A DNA stretch of 64,000 nucleotides from Collinsella sp. (GCA_019414515.1 DXLX01000036.1:49438-113437); one strand, 5' to 3'. Counted from the stretch's first letter, positions 25,100 through 35,420 are shown. Notes: generated from the letters alone by a model not told the origin. A program made the numbers and translations.

Positions 25100-27460
25100 C
25101 TAAGCCAACCCCAGCAATATGCCCGCCGAATGCACGACAAACGCCACGATCCAGGCAACGGCGACCTGAAACGCGAATACGGCCACGGCATAGCGCGCGC
25201 CCAACTCGCTCTTGACAGCGCCGATTGCCGCCACACAAGGCGGGTACAGCAACGTAAAGACCAAGAACACGTAGGCGGTAAACGGCGAAAACATGGTCGA
25301 CAGCGCCGCGGGCGACGTTGCGCCCAAAAGCACCGTGAGCGTCGAGATGACGCTCTCCTTGGCAATGAGCCCCGTGACGAGCGCCGTCGAGGCGCGCCAG
25401 TCGCCAAAGCCGAGCGGGGCCAACACCGGCGCGATGATGCTACCCAGACCGGCAAGCAGGCTTTGCGACTGGTCGGCGACCACGTTAAAGCGGATGTCGA
25501 ACGTCTGAAGGAACCAGATGACCACCGTAGCGGCAAAGATAATGGTAAAGGCCTTGGTGATGAAGTCCTTGGCCTTATCCCATGCCAGCATCACCGTCGT
25601 CTTGACGCTCGGCAGGCGGTAATTGGGAAGCTCCATGATAAACGGCACCGGGTCGCCCTTAAATGCCGTGCGGTTGAGCACCAAAGCCGCGATGCAGCCG
25701 ACCACGATACCGATCAGATAGAGCGAGACCATGGCGGGAACCGTCGCCTGCGGGAAGAATGCTCCGCACAGCAAGCCGTAAACCGGCAACTTGGCTGAAC
25801 AGCTCATAAACGGTGTGAGCATGACCGTCATCTTGCGGTCGTGCTCGGATGGGAGCGTACGGGTCGACATGATAGCCGGCACGGTACAGCCAAAACCGAC
25901 GAGCATGGGCACGAAGCTGCGGCCCGACAAGCCAAAGCGACGCAACACCTTATCCATGACAAAGGCCACGCGCGCCATGTATCCGGAGTCTTCCAGAATG
26001 GAGAGGAACAAAAAGAGCACGACGATAATCGGCAGGAAGGTCAGCACGCTGCCCACACCCGTAAGCACGCCGTCGACAGCCAGCGAGCGCACCACGTCGT
26101 TAGTACCGAACGCCTTGAGGCCCGCATCGGCCGAGGCGATGATGGCAGCGATACCGTCCTCCATGAGTCCCTGCAACGCCGCGCCGATCACGCCAAACGT
26201 CAGCCAAAAGACGAGGCCCATGATCACCAGAAACGCCGGAATGGCTGTGTAACGACCTGTCAGGATGCGGTCAATCTTGACGGAGCGCACGTGCTCGCGG
26301 CTCTCGTGCGGCTTGACGACGCAGCGCCCGCACACGTCGCCGATAAAGCTAAAACGCATATCGGCCAGCGCAGATAGGCGGTCGGTGCCGGCCTCGCCTT
26401 CCATCTGGGTAATGATGTGCTCGATAGCGTCGAGCTCATTGCGATCCAGGTGAAGCGCCTCGGTTACCAGCTCATCGCCCTCGACCAGCTTGGTCGCCGC
26501 AAAGCGCACCGGGATGTGCGCCGTCACGGCATGGTCCTCGATCAGGTTAGCAATACCGTGGATGCAGCGATGCAGCGCACCGCCGTCCGGGCCGTCGGGC
26601 GCACAAAAGTCCAGGCGACCAGGGCGCTCGCGGAACCGCGCCACGTGCAGGGCGTGGTCCACCAACTCGCCGATACCCTCGTTGCGGGCAGCGCTAATGG
26701 GAACAACGGGCACGCCCAACAGGCTCTCGAGCAGGTTGACGTCCACGGCGCCGCCGTTGGAGGTCACCTCGTCCATCATGTTGAGCGCGATGACCATGGG
26801 GCGGTCGAGCTCCATAAGCTGTAGCGTCAGGTACAGGTTGCGTTCGATATTGGTGGCGTCGATGATGTCGATGATGGCGTCGGGGTTTTCGTCAAGGATG
26901 AATTGACGGCTCACGATCTCTTCGCCCGTGTACGGCGACAGCGAATAGATGCCAGGCAGGTCGGTAACGCTTGCCTCGGGGTGGTTGCGGATGGTGCCAT
27001 CTTTGCGGTCGACCGTCACGCCGGGAAAGTTACCGACGTGCTGGTTGGAGCCCGTCAGCTGGTTGAATAACGTGGTCTTGCCGCAGTTTTGGTTGCCGGC
27101 GAGGGCAAAGTGCAGCGGCGCGCCCTCGGGCACGGCCGTCTTTGCCGCACGGGGCGAATACGTCCCCTCGCCCAGGGCCGGATGCTCCGTCGTGCCGATT
27201 GCGGCGTTAGCGCGCGGACCCGTATCGGTGTCGTGAATACCCACGAGCTCGATGCGAGCGGCATCGTCCTTGCGCAGTGTCAACTCGTAGCCACGCAGGC
27301 GGATCTCGAGCGGATCGCCCATGGGGGCGTACTTCATCATGGTGACTTCGGTGCCCGGCGTTAGACCCATGTCCAAAATATGCTGTCGGAGTGCCTGATC
27401 GTCCGATGCCACCGATGCGACAACGGCGTCCTTTCCAATCTCGAGTGTATCGAGCTTCAC
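25100..27460 (-). CDS. feoB: ferrous iron transporter, FeoA-FeoB fusion
   Basis: GTG start at 27460 behind GGGGGAGGAA. N-terminal FeoA-like SH3 domain, then G-domain GNQNCGKTTLFN and a polytopic membrane domain. Confidence 0.85.
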   Translation of the reverse strand: MKLDTLEIGKDAVVASVASDDQALRQHILDMGLTPGTEVTMMKYAPMGDPLEIRLRGYELTLRKDDAARIELVGIHDTDTGPRANAAIGTTEHPALGEGTYSPRAAKTAVPEGAPLHFALAGNQNCGKTTLFNQLTGSNQHVGNFPGVTVDRKDGTIRNHPEASVTDLPGIYSLSPYTGEEIVSRQFILDENPDAIIDIIDATNIERNLYLTLQLMELDRPMVIALNMMDEVTSNGGAVDVNLLESLLGVPVVPISAARNEGIGELVDHALHVARFRERPGRLDFCAPDGPDGGALHRCIHGIANLIEDHAVTAHIPVRFAATKLVEGDELVTEALHLDRNELDAIEHIITQMEGEAGTDRLSALADMRFSFIGDVCGRCVVKPHESREHVRSVKIDRILTGRYTAIPAFLVIMGLVFWLTFGVIGAALQGLMEDGIAAIIASADAGLKAFGTNDVVRSLAVDGVLTGVGSVLTFLPIIVVLFLFLSILEDSGYMARVAFVMDKVLRRFGLSGRSFVPMLVGFGCTVPAIMSTRTLPSEHDRKMTVMLTPFMSCSAKLPVYGLLCGAFFPQATVPAMVSLYLIGIVVGCIAALVLNRTAFKGDPVPFIMELPNYRLPSVKTTVMLAWDKAKDFITKAFTIIFAATVVIWFLQTFDIRFNVVADQSQSLLAGLGSIIAPVLAPLGFGDWRASTALVTGLIAKESVISTLTVLLGATSPAALSTMFSPFTAYVFLVFTLLYPPCVAAIGAVKSELGARYAVAVFAFQVAVAWIVAFVVHSAGILLGLA

Positions 27461-27507
27461 GTCCGTGTTCCTCCCCCGGCGCCCACAGGGCGTTGTATTT
27501 ATGTTCA

Positions 27508-27536
27508 CCATGGCTAACCGTTTGCCATGGCTAACC
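27508..27536. promoter_or_regulatory. direct repeat CCATGGCTAACC x2 in the feoAB promoter region (candidate operator)
   Basis: Copies at 27508-27519 and 27525-27536, 48-76 nt upstream of the feoAB start. The minus strand reads GGTTAGCCATGG twice. Confidence 0.35.
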
Positions 27537-27646
27537 AATTGTAACCATGCATGATAGCGCGAACACACAACGACGTTCAATCGACAGATCGGTGCGATGG
27601 GGACAGGCAGGAGAGTTCAGGGCCATAGTTTCCGATGAGCCTCTCG

Positions 27647-27817
27647 GGGAAACTACATCCCAGAATTCTGGCTCGAAACGGGATATGGTTTCCCTAACAG
27701 GCCTCTTACGGAAAATGCATCCCAGAATCCCCGCTCGAAACGGGACGCGCTTTCCCAGTCGAGGCCCTATGGGAAACTGCGTCCCACCTTGAAAGGCAAA
27801 ACTGGGATGCAGTTTCC
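27647..27817. repeat. three tandem hairpin repeats, about 62-nt period
   Basis: Units at 27647-27694, 27710-27756 and 27771-27817. Each is GGGAAACTRCRTCCC-loop-GGGAYRYRGTTTCCC-like. The linkers are also related (GAGGCC(C/T)CT). Confidence 0.7.
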
Positions 27818-27837
27818 AGACGGGACATCAAAAACAA

Positions 27838-27905
27838 AGTTGCGGTGGAATAGTTCCTGGATGGGCTGGTTGATGCCCCAGATCGGAGCTATTTCACCGC
27901 AAGTT
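27838..27905. repeat. second, degenerate copy of the 67-nt palindromic element
   Basis: Left arm 27838-27859 is identical to 23701-23722; the right arm is decayed (CGGAGCTATTTCACCGCAAGTT). Directly downstream of the esterase stop. Confidence 0.65.
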
Positions 27906-27931
27906 ATTGAAGGGCTGGGATGCCCGTCCTC

Positions 27932-28831
27932 TTACAGATGGCGCTCCAGAAAGCGGAAGGCCAGGCGGATCCAGGGACGGACTGCCACCTGCTTGTCCTC
28001 GTTGTCGACCGCGGTGTTGGCGTTGCCGAGCGAAAGGCCGTGACCACCCTGGTCGAAGACGTGCATCTCGCATGCAACGCCCTCCTCGGCCATGCGCTGC
28101 GCAAACGGGTAGACCTGCGCGATCGGCGCCGTCTTGTCGTCGGACACGCCCCACACAAAGGTCGGTGGCATCTGACGCGAAACATGCGTGGTGGGGCAGA
28201 TGTCGGCCAGATGCTCGTCAGTTGCCTCGCCGCCCGTCACCATCGACAGGTAGTCGTTGAGCAAATCGCGTCCCGTCTTGCCGCCCGTCTTGGGCACGCG
28301 CAAGTCAATGCGCGGATCGCGCGTCTGCATGTCGCGCACATAGGCAAAGTCGAGCAATGGATAGCCCAGCACCACGGCATCGGGACGAATGTCGTCCGGA
28401 CGCGCCCCGGCAAGTGCCGCAAAGGGGCCGGTCTTCCACTGTGTTGCCAGCGAGGCGCAAATCATGCCGCCAGCAGAAAAGCCCACGACGCACACGCGCT
28501 TAGGATCGACATGCCACTCGTCGGCGTTGGCGCGCACCGTGGCGACCATCTTGGCAAGATCTGCCTGGGGGTGCGGAAAGCTCACGTCACCCGTAGAACT
28601 CGTGACATAGTTGAGCACAAAGGCCTGGTAGCCGCGGTCCAAAAATGCAAACGCCACCGGGTCCTGCTCGTGCGGAGCGATATGCGTGAACCCGCCTCCG
28701 CCGCAGATGATCACCGCGGGGCGGCGGCCATTGGGCTTGTCGGGCAGCGGCTCGGCACCCAGATACGTAAAGGTCGCCGGATAATCCTCGGTCGGCTCCT
28801 CGCCCCACAGCGCATGGTTCTCGACAATCAT
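27932..28831 (-). CDS. alpha/beta hydrolase (acetyl-esterase/lipase-like)
   Basis: ORF trimmed to Met70 (AAGGGAG RBS). CGGGGF oxyanion motif and GFSAGG nucleophile elbow. Confidence 0.75.
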   Translation of the reverse strand: MIVENHALWGEEPTEDYPATFTYLGAEPLPDKPNGRRPAVIICGGGGFTHIAPHEQDPVAFAFLDRGYQAFVLNYVTSSTGDVSFPHPQADLAKMVATVRANADEWHVDPKRVCVVGFSAGGMICASLATQWKTGPFAALAGARPDDIRPDAVVLGYPLLDFAYVRDMQTRDPRIDLRVPKTGGKTGRDLLNDYLSMVTGGEATDEHLADICPTTHVSRQMPPTFVWGVSDDKTAPIAQVYPFAQRMAEEGVACEMHVFDQGGHGLSLGNANTAVDNEDKQVAVRPWIRLAFRFLERHL

Positions 28832-29074
28832 ATGTGCTCCCTTCGCGCAAATTAAGCGCCCTTGTTTTTCGCCTTCAAGCGTACCCCACTTGAACCCGTG
28901 GCGCAGAAACTCTCCGGCAATAAGTTTCCCTTCAACTGATATATCACATAATCCCAGTTCAGAGGTATCGTTGAGCAGCGTAGAATAGGGGCGTTGACCA
29001 AGCCGCGAAACACATGTGAAACGTTTCCGGCAAACCAAACGCGCGATATGCGCCTATTTAAGTTGGAGGCAACT

Positions 29075-29638
29075 ATGGGTCTGCTCGATTCGCTTAAGTC
29101 CACCTTCACCTCGACCGGCGAGGCGTCCGTTCCGCCCGCAGCAAGCTTCGCTACCCGCGAAGGCGTCATCTATGCCCCCGTCAACGGCGTGCTCGTCAAC
29201 CTGGACGAGGTTCCCGACGAGACGATCGCCTCGGGCATGCTTGGCCAGGGCTATGGCATCGAGCCCATTACCGGCACCATCTATGCGCCCGCCAACGGCC
29301 GCATCGGTGCCACCACTGTCACCAACCACTCCATCGGCATGATTACCGAGGACGGCCTGCGCGTGTTCATCCATGTCGGCCTGGGCACCGTGGAAATGAA
29401 CGGCAAGGGTTTTGCCCGCTTTGTCGAGATGGGCGATGTGGTCAAGGCAGGCCAGCCGCTCATCAGCTTCGACCGCGAGGCCATTAAGGCCGCTGGTCAC
29501 GAGGACATCGTGACCGTCATCGTCTCCGAGCTCGATCGTCTTAAGAGCATCGACCATGTCGGCGAGTCTGGAACGCTTATCGGCGGCAACCCGCTCGTCA
29601 AGCTTGGCGACCCGCTGCTGGTAGCCAAGACCAAGTAG
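29075..29638 (+). CDS. crr: PTS glucose-family EIIA component
   Basis: ORF trimmed to Met28 (GGAGG RBS). [24 protein letters not shown] active-site His region. Confidence 0.85.
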   Translation: MGLLDSLKSTFTSTGEASVPPAASFATREGVIYAPVNGVLVNLDEVPDETIASGMLGQGYGIEPITGTIYAPANGRIGATTVTNHSIGMITEDGLRVFIHVGLGTVEMNGKGFARFVEMGDVVKAGQPLISFDREAIKAAGHEDIVTVIVSELDRLKSIDHVGESGTLIGGNPLVKLGDPLLVAKTK

Positions 29639-29676
29639 CCAGGCCCCGCGCCACACAGCCAAAAGGCACCTCGTCA

Positions 29677-29715
29677 AGCGCCCGCGACCATTTGGCCGCG
29701 GGCGCTTTTCGTTTG
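29677..29715 (+). terminator. intrinsic terminator after crr
   Basis: Stem AGCGCCCGCG / CGCGGGCGCT followed by TTTTCGTTT. Confidence 0.8.
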
Positions 29716-29807
29716 AAAAACCATCCCGCCAATGCCTTATCTGTATAGCCCAAATGAGACGAGCTGCTAGAATAACGAACTGTATGGATAACTATCATTC
29801 AACCGTT

Positions 29808-31223
29808 ATGGGAGGATACGTGAACCGCACCAAAATCGCGCAGCTCTATGCCGATGCCGAGTCGCTCGGCGGCCAAACCGTCACCGTCGCCGGCTGGGTC
29901 AAGTCCGTCCGCGACATGAAGAACTTTGGCTTTGTTACGCTCAACGACGGCAGCTGCTTCCGCGACCTGCAGGTCGTCATGAACCGCGAGGCACTCGACA
30001 ACTACGACGAGATCGCCCATCAAAACGTCTCGGCCGCACTCATTTGCACCGGCACCGTCAAGCTGACCCCCGATGCGCCCCAGCCTTTCGAGCTTTCTGC
30101 CACCTCCATCGAGGTCGAGGGCACGAGCGCCCCGGATTACCCGCTGCAGAAGAAGCGCGCAACCGTCGAGTTCCTGCGCACCCAGCAGCACCTGCGCCCG
30201 CGCACCAACCTGTTCCGCGCCGTGTTCCGCATCCGCTCTGTCGCGGCTGCCGCCATCCACCGCTTCTTCCAGGAGCAGGGCTTTGTCTACGTCAACACCC
30301 CCATCATCACCACGAGTGACTGCGAGGGCGCCGGCGAGATGTTCCGCGTGACCACGCTCGACCCCAAAAATCCGCCCCTCACCGAGTCCGGCGAGGTCGA
30401 CTGGAGCCAGGACTTCTTTGGCAAGCATGCAAGCCTCACCGTGTCCGGCCAGCTCAATGCCGAGAACTTTGCCATGGCCTTTGGCGACGTGTACACCTTT
30501 GGCCCCACCTTCCGCGCCGAAAACTCCAACACCACGCGCCACGCCGCCGAGTTTTGGATGATCGAGCCCGAGATGGCCTTTGCCGACCTTAACGACTACA
30601 TGGATAACGCTGAGGCCATGCTCAAGTATGTCCTCAAGGACGTCATGGCCACCTGCCCCGACGAGCTCAATATGCTCAACAAGTTTGTGGACAAGGGTCT
30701 GCTCGAACGCCTAGACCATGTCGCCAACTCCGACTTCGCCCGCGTTACCTACACCGAGGCCGTCGAGATCCTGGAGCAGGCCGTCGCCGCCGGTCACAAG
30801 TTTGACTACCCCGTGAGCTGGGGCATCGACCTGCAGACCGAGCACGAGCGCTTCCTGACCGAGGAGCACTTTAAGCGCCCGACCTTCGTAACCGACTACC
30901 CGGCCGAGATCAAGGCCTTCTACATGCGCATGAACGAGGACGGCAAGACCGTCGCCGCCGCCGACTGCCTGGTTCCCGGTATCGGCGAGATCATCGGTGG
31001 CTCCCAGCGCGAGGAGCGCCTGGATCTGCTCGAGGCCCGCATCAAGGACCTGGGCATGAATCCCGAGCAGTACAAGTACTACCTTGACCTGCGCCGCTAC
31101 GGTTCCTGCAAGCACGCCGGCTACGGTCTGGGCTTCGAGCGCTTGGTCATGTATCTGACCGGCGTGGGCAACATCCGCGACGTCCTGCCGCACCCGCGCA
31201 CCGTGGGCAACGCCGACTTCTAA
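29808..31223 (+). CDS. asnS: asparagine--tRNA ligase
   Basis: Class IIb synthetase sequence ([42 protein letters not shown]). Exact start uncertain: ATG 29808 or GTG 29820. Confidence 0.9.
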   Translation: MGGYVNRTKIAQLYADAESLGGQTVTVAGWVKSVRDMKNFGFVTLNDGSCFRDLQVVMNREALDNYDEIAHQNVSAALICTGTVKLTPDAPQPFELSATSIEVEGTSAPDYPLQKKRATVEFLRTQQHLRPRTNLFRAVFRIRSVAAAAIHRFFQEQGFVYVNTPIITTSDCEGAGEMFRVTTLDPKNPPLTESGEVDWSQDFFGKHASLTVSGQLNAENFAMAFGDVYTFGPTFRAENSNTTRHAAEFWMIEPEMAFADLNDYMDNAEAMLKYVLKDVMATCPDELNMLNKFVDKGLLERLDHVANSDFARVTYTEAVEILEQAVAAGHKFDYPVSWGIDLQTEHERFLTEEHFKRPTFVTDYPAEIKAFYMRMNEDGKTVAAADCLVPGIGEIIGGSQREERLDLLEARIKDLGMNPEQYKYYLDLRRYGSCKHAGYGLGFERLVMYLTGVGNIRDVLPHPRTVGNADF

Positions 31224-31270
31224 TCGTCGGACGCTAGCTCGCGTCGCCACACGCCAACGCTCATCGCATA

Positions 31271-31306
31271 AGCGCTTCTCGACATCGGTCGAGAGGCGCT
31301 TTTTTC
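31271..31306 (+). terminator. intrinsic terminator after asnS
   Basis: 13-bp stem AGCGCTTCTCGAC / GTCGAGAGGCGCT followed by TTTTTT. Confidence 0.85.
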
Positions 31307-31481
31307 AACAGCATCCGTCAAGCTTTTGGCAAGTTTTTGGTCAGTTGAGCAGGGCTGTTGAAAACTCGACCCGCCGTTTGCCGACGACTACCGACCGCCC
31401 AGAGCGCCCTGCACCCCTGGGAAAGCCCCACGTCCTAGGCTCCATACCGTCGCCACCCAAAACGGAAAGGACGTGGGCACC

Positions 31482-32267
31482 ATGAACGAAGCCGCTGTTG
31501 AAACCTACGACACCACGACTAGAGGCGCCGCCTCGATGGCAGCCTATCGCGCCGTTCGCATCCTGCAACTATTAAGCGAAAACACCGGCGAGGACAAGGC
31601 CGTGCTTTCCGATGAGTTGATCCGGCGCCTCGCCCATCCCGACGACCCCGCCCGCATGCCCATCTCGGCGGCGCGGCGCAGCATCTACACCGCCATCTCC
31701 GCGCTTCGCCATGCCGGATACGAGATTGAATACAAGCGCGGCGTGGGGTATCGGCTCTTGACCCGTCCACTCACCGACGAGGAGATCATCCGGCTTCACG
31801 GCATGGTCATGCGCAACCGCTCCACGCCTATCGCTATCCGCAAGAGCATGGCGCAGCATTTAGTTGCCATGGCGAGTGCCGACGTTCGCGGCTACCTCGA
31901 TACACCCGAACCCGCTCCAAGCGCAGGCAGCAAGGCTACCAAGGCAACGCGCGCGCCCATCAAGCGCATCGACACGTGCGAGCTCGTCGAGCAGGCCATC
32001 GACCACGGAACCACGGTGAGTTTTGATATTTCGAGCGTCACGACACGCGGCGAAACCGAAGCAGCACGGATGACACTCCGTCCCTTTGCCATCAGGCAGC
32101 GCGATGGCATCTCATATCTGCTGGGAACGGTCTACGACGCCCGAGGCACCGACGATACGCTGCGCACCGTCGAGATCGCCCGTATGAGAAACGTCAGCAC
32201 GCGCCTGCTCGACGGCAAGAAGCTCTTCGCCGCCCTGGACGAGGACGACGCCTCCTCCGCCGCATAA
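31482..32267 (+). CDS. HTH plus WYL-domain transcriptional regulator
   Basis: N-terminal winged-HTH-like segment (RAVRILQLLSENTG...), C-terminal WYL-like block (RPFAIRQRDGISYLLGTV). Start taken at the ATG (Met4 of the ORF). Confidence 0.6.
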   Translation: MNEAAVETYDTTTRGAASMAAYRAVRILQLLSENTGEDKAVLSDELIRRLAHPDDPARMPISAARRSIYTAISALRHAGYEIEYKRGVGYRLLTRPLTDEEIIRLHGMVMRNRSTPIAIRKSMAQHLVAMASADVRGYLDTPEPAPSAGSKATKATRAPIKRIDTCELVEQAIDHGTTVSFDISSVTTRGETEAARMTLRPFAIRQRDGISYLLGTVYDARGTDDTLRTVEIARMRNVSTRLLDGKKLFAALDEDDASSAA

Positions 32268-32427
32268 GACCCTCCGCCGCCCATTCGACTACCCGTACCG
32301 CCCATCCAGTTCAGTATTAAAAAACCCGCCAGGTTATTGTAAAAATGGACATCGGCGTTACTATAGTCCCACTTGCACTTTTTCCTAGTGCAGTGTTTCC
32401 AGCCATTTTTATACTGGGGGTAATGAT

Positions 32428-33408
32428 ATGAAGGACATCACCATCAGCCGCAGGAGCCTTCTTGTCTCCGTTGGCCTGCTCGCGCTCGCTCCGCTCGCCG
32501 GATGCGGCGGCAACTCTGGTTCCGGCTCCGCTGCCGCCGGTTCCGACTACACCATCGGCGTTCTGCAGCTCACCGAGCACTCCGCGCTCGATGCCGCCAA
32601 CGACGGCTTCGTCAAGGCCATCAAGAAGAGCGGCCTCAAGGTCAAGATCGACCAGAAGAACGCCCAGAACGACCAGTCCACGTGTAAGTCCATTGCCGAC
32701 AAGTTCGTAGGCGACGGCGTCAACCTGATCTATGCCATCGCTACGCCCGCCGCGCAGGCTGCCGCCGGTGCCACCGCCGATATCCCCATCGTTGGCTGCG
32801 CCATCACCGACTACGCCGCTTCCGGCCTGGTCCAGGACAACGACAAGCCCGGCACCAACGTCACGGGCGCTTCCGACCTCACCCCGGTCGCCGAGCAGCT
32901 CGAGATGATGCAGAAGGTCCTGCCCGACGTTAAGAAGGTCGGCCTGCTCTACTGCACCGCCGAGTCCAACTCCGACGTCCAGATCAAGGCCGCCAAGAAG
33001 GAGCTCGACAAACTGGGCCTCGAGTACACTGACTTCACCGTCTCGAGCTCTAACGAGATCCAGTCCGTTGTCGAGTCTGCCGTGGGCAAGGTCGACGCGC
33101 TGTACTCCCCCACCGACAACACCATCGCCGCGGGTGCCTCGCAGGTCGGCCAGATCTGCAAGGAAAACAAGCTTCCCTTCGTGACTGGCGAGGAGGGTAT
33201 GTGCATGGCCGGCGGCCTGTTCACCCTCTCCATCAATTACGAGGACCTGGGCTACGCCGCGGGCGAGATGGCCGTTAAGATCCTGAAAGGCGAGGCCAAG
33301 CCCGAAGACATGCCGATCAAACACCTCTCGAGCAAGGACCTGGTCGTCGTCAAGAACGACGAGATGGCCGAGGCTCTGGGCATCGACCTCTCCGCTCTGG
33401 ACGCGTAA
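32428..33408 (+). CDS. ABC transporter substrate-binding lipoprotein (ABC_sub_bind / COG2984 type)
   Basis: Signal peptide with lipobox LAGC. Followed by the cognate permease and ATPase. Confidence 0.8.
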   Translation: MKDITISRRSLLVSVGLLALAPLAGCGGNSGSGSAAAGSDYTIGVLQLTEHSALDAANDGFVKAIKKSGLKVKIDQKNAQNDQSTCKSIADKFVGDGVNLIYAIATPAAQAAAGATADIPIVGCAITDYAASGLVQDNDKPGTNVTGASDLTPVAEQLEMMQKVLPDVKKVGLLYCTAESNSDVQIKAAKKELDKLGLEYTDFTVSSSNEIQSVVESAVGKVDALYSPTDNTIAAGASQVGQICKENKLPFVTGEEGMCMAGGLFTLSINYEDLGYAAGEMAVKILKGEAKPEDMPIKHLSSKDLVVVKNDEMAEALGIDLSALDA

Positions 33409-33611
33409 TGCCATACGCGGCATGCGTCTAGAGCCCGTGCTCGCGCTTTAGCTGCGTTATTCAATATCTGAGCCACAGGGGCGGGCGCTGTAGACCGGCG
33501 TCCGCCCTGCTTGTTTCAGGTAAAACAAAACGTCTGTCCGCAGCTCTTCTATGCATTGTTACCGCTATTATGGTGAATCACGTGTCCACCCTATCCTAGG
33601 AGGTATGAAGC

Positions 33612-34535
33612 ATGCTCATTGCATTGCAGGGCGCCGTTTCGCAGGGCGTCCTCTGGGGCATTATGGTGCTTGGCGTGTTTATCACGTTCCGCCTGCTCGA
33701 CATTCCCGATATGACCTGCGACGGCAGCTTTGCCCTCGGCGGCTGCGTCTGCGCTGTGCTCATCGTCAATAACAACGTCGACCCGCTGCTCGCCGTGCTG
33801 GCCGGTATGTGCGCCGGCGCCATCGCGGGTGCCGTCACGGGCATTTTGACCACCGTCTTCGAGATTCCCGCGATCCTCGCCGGAATCCTCACCCAGATCA
33901 GCCTGTGGTCCATCAACCTGCGCATCATGGGCAAGTCCAATACGCCAATTCTTGCCAAGGGCACCGTGTTCTCGGCCGTCAGCAATATGACCGGTCTGCC
34001 GCAGTCCACCGTTGCCATCATCTTGGGCATCCTGCTCGCCGTGGCTATCGTTGCCATCCTGTATTGGTTCTTTGGCACCGAGATCGGCTCGGCGCTGCGC
34101 GCCACCGGCAACAACGAGTACATGATCCGCGCTCTGGGCGTCAACACCAACTCCACCAAGATGATCGCCCTCGTGCTCTCCAACGCCCTCATCGGCCTTT
34201 CGGGCGCGCTTATCTGCCAGAGCCAGAAGTATGCCGACATTGGTATGGGCACCGGTGCCATCGTTATCGGTCTTGCCGCCATTGTTATCGGTGAGGTGCT
34301 CGGCCGTCTGCTGCCCGGCGGCCTCACGCAGTTTAGCGTCCGTCTTGCCTCCGCCGTCTTTGGCTCCGTGGTGTACTTCCTTATCCGCGCCATCGTGCTG
34401 CAGTTGGGCATGGACGCCAACGACATGAAGTTGCTCTCCGCCGTGATCGTCGCCGTGGCCCTGTGCGTGCCCGTGGTTTGGGAGCGCTATAAGCTCCGCA
34501 GCTCCTACACGAAGGGGGATGAGGCAGATGCTTAA
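33612..34535 (+). CDS. ABC transporter permease (COG4120 type)
   Basis: 307 aa polytopic membrane protein between the binding protein and the ATPase. Confidence 0.8.
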   Translation: MLIALQGAVSQGVLWGIMVLGVFITFRLLDIPDMTCDGSFALGGCVCAVLIVNNNVDPLLAVLAGMCAGAIAGAVTGILTTVFEIPAILAGILTQISLWSINLRIMGKSNTPILAKGTVFSAVSNMTGLPQSTVAIILGILLAVAIVAILYWFFGTEIGSALRATGNNEYMIRALGVNTNSTKMIALVLSNALIGLSGALICQSQKYADIGMGTGAIVIGLAAIVIGEVLGRLLPGGLTQFSVRLASAVFGSVVYFLIRAIVLQLGMDANDMKLLSAVIVAVALCVPVVWERYKLRSSYTKGDEADA

Positions 34536-35322
34536 GCTCTCGCACGTCAAGAAGACCTTTAACAAGGGCACCGTCACCGAGAAGCGCGCGCTCACCGGCG
34601 TCGACCTCACCCTGAATGACGGCGACTTTGTAACCGTGATCGGCGGCAATGGCGCCGGCAAGTCCACGCTGCTCAACATGATCGCCGGCGTGTACCCGCT
34701 CGATTCGGGCGTTATTGAGCTCGACGGCACCGACATCTCGCGCCTGAGCGAGCCGCAGCGCGCCAAGTACCTGGGCCGCGTGTTTCAGGACCCCATGCGC
34801 GGTACCGCTGCCGACATGCAAATCGCCGAGAACCTGGCCCTCGCCAAGCGTCGCGGCCAGCGTCGCGGCCTTTCGTGGGGCGTCACCAAGGCCGAGAAAG
34901 ATGAGTACGTTGAGCTGCTCAAGCGCCTGGACCTTGGTCTGGACACGCGTCTCAACGCCAAGGTCGGCCTGCTCTCGGGCGGCCAGCGCCAGGCACTCAC
35001 CCTGCTCATGGCCACGCTCACCAAGCCACGCCTGCTGCTGCTCGACGAGCACACCGCGGCCCTCGACCCCAAGACGGCCTCTAAGGTGCTCAATCTGACC
35101 GAGGAGATCGTCGACGAGAACCACCTCACCACGCTCATGGTCACGCATAACATGAACGACGCTATCCGTCTGGGCAACCGTCTGATCATGATGCACGAAG
35201 GCCACGTGATCTACGACGTGGCGGGCGATGAGAAGAAGTCGCTCACCGTAGCCGACCTGCTGCAGAAGTTCGAGGAGGTCTCGGGCGGCGAGCTCGCCAA
35301 CGACCGCATGCTGCTGAGCTAA
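34528..35322 (+). CDS. ABC transporter ATP-binding protein (COG1101 type)
   Basis: Walker A GGNGAGKST, signature LSGGQRQ, Walker B LLLLDE. Start taken at the second ATG (AAGGGGGA RBS); overlaps the permease stop. Confidence 0.9.
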   Translation: MLKLSHVKKTFNKGTVTEKRALTGVDLTLNDGDFVTVIGGNGAGKSTLLNMIAGVYPLDSGVIELDGTDISRLSEPQRAKYLGRVFQDPMRGTAADMQIAENLALAKRRGQRRGLSWGVTKAEKDEYVELLKRLDLGLDTRLNAKVGLLSGGQRQALTLLMATLTKPRLLLLDEHTAALDPKTASKVLNLTEEIVDENHLTTLMVTHNMNDAIRLGNRLIMMHEGHVIYDVAGDEKKSLTVADLLQKFEEVSGGELANDRMLLS

Positions 35323-35326
35323 AACC

Positions 35327-35376
35327 TGCCAAAAAGGAACAGGTTTATTTTGGCAGGTTTTATCTGCGCAAACGTC
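35327..35376 (+). repeat. GGGACAGG hairpin element, copy 3
   Basis: TGCCAAAAAGGAACAGGTTTATTTTGGCAGGTTTTATCTGCGCAAACGTC. 10-bp stem CCTGCCAAAA / TTTTGGCAGG plus a T-run, so it also looks like a terminator. Confidence 0.7.
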
Positions 35377-35420
35377 AAAACCGCCGCTAAGGGACAGGCG
35401 CCCTTGCGGCGGTTTTCGCA
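35377..35420 (+). terminator. intrinsic terminator after the ABC operon
   Basis: Stem AAAACCGCCGC / GCGGCGGTTTT. The loop again contains AGGGACAGG. Confidence 0.75.

Noticed and set aside
27508-27536. Canonical palindromic DtxR/IdeR box
   Set aside because: Only the GGTTAGCC half-site is present, as a direct repeat, and the symmetric TAACC partner is missing. Kept only as a low-confidence operator candidate.
27647-27817. Possible CRISPR array (regularly spaced repeats)
   Set aside because: There are only three units, and the repeats are about 47-nt imperfect hairpins. The 14-15 nt linkers are related to each other rather than being unique spacers. No cas genes are in the window.
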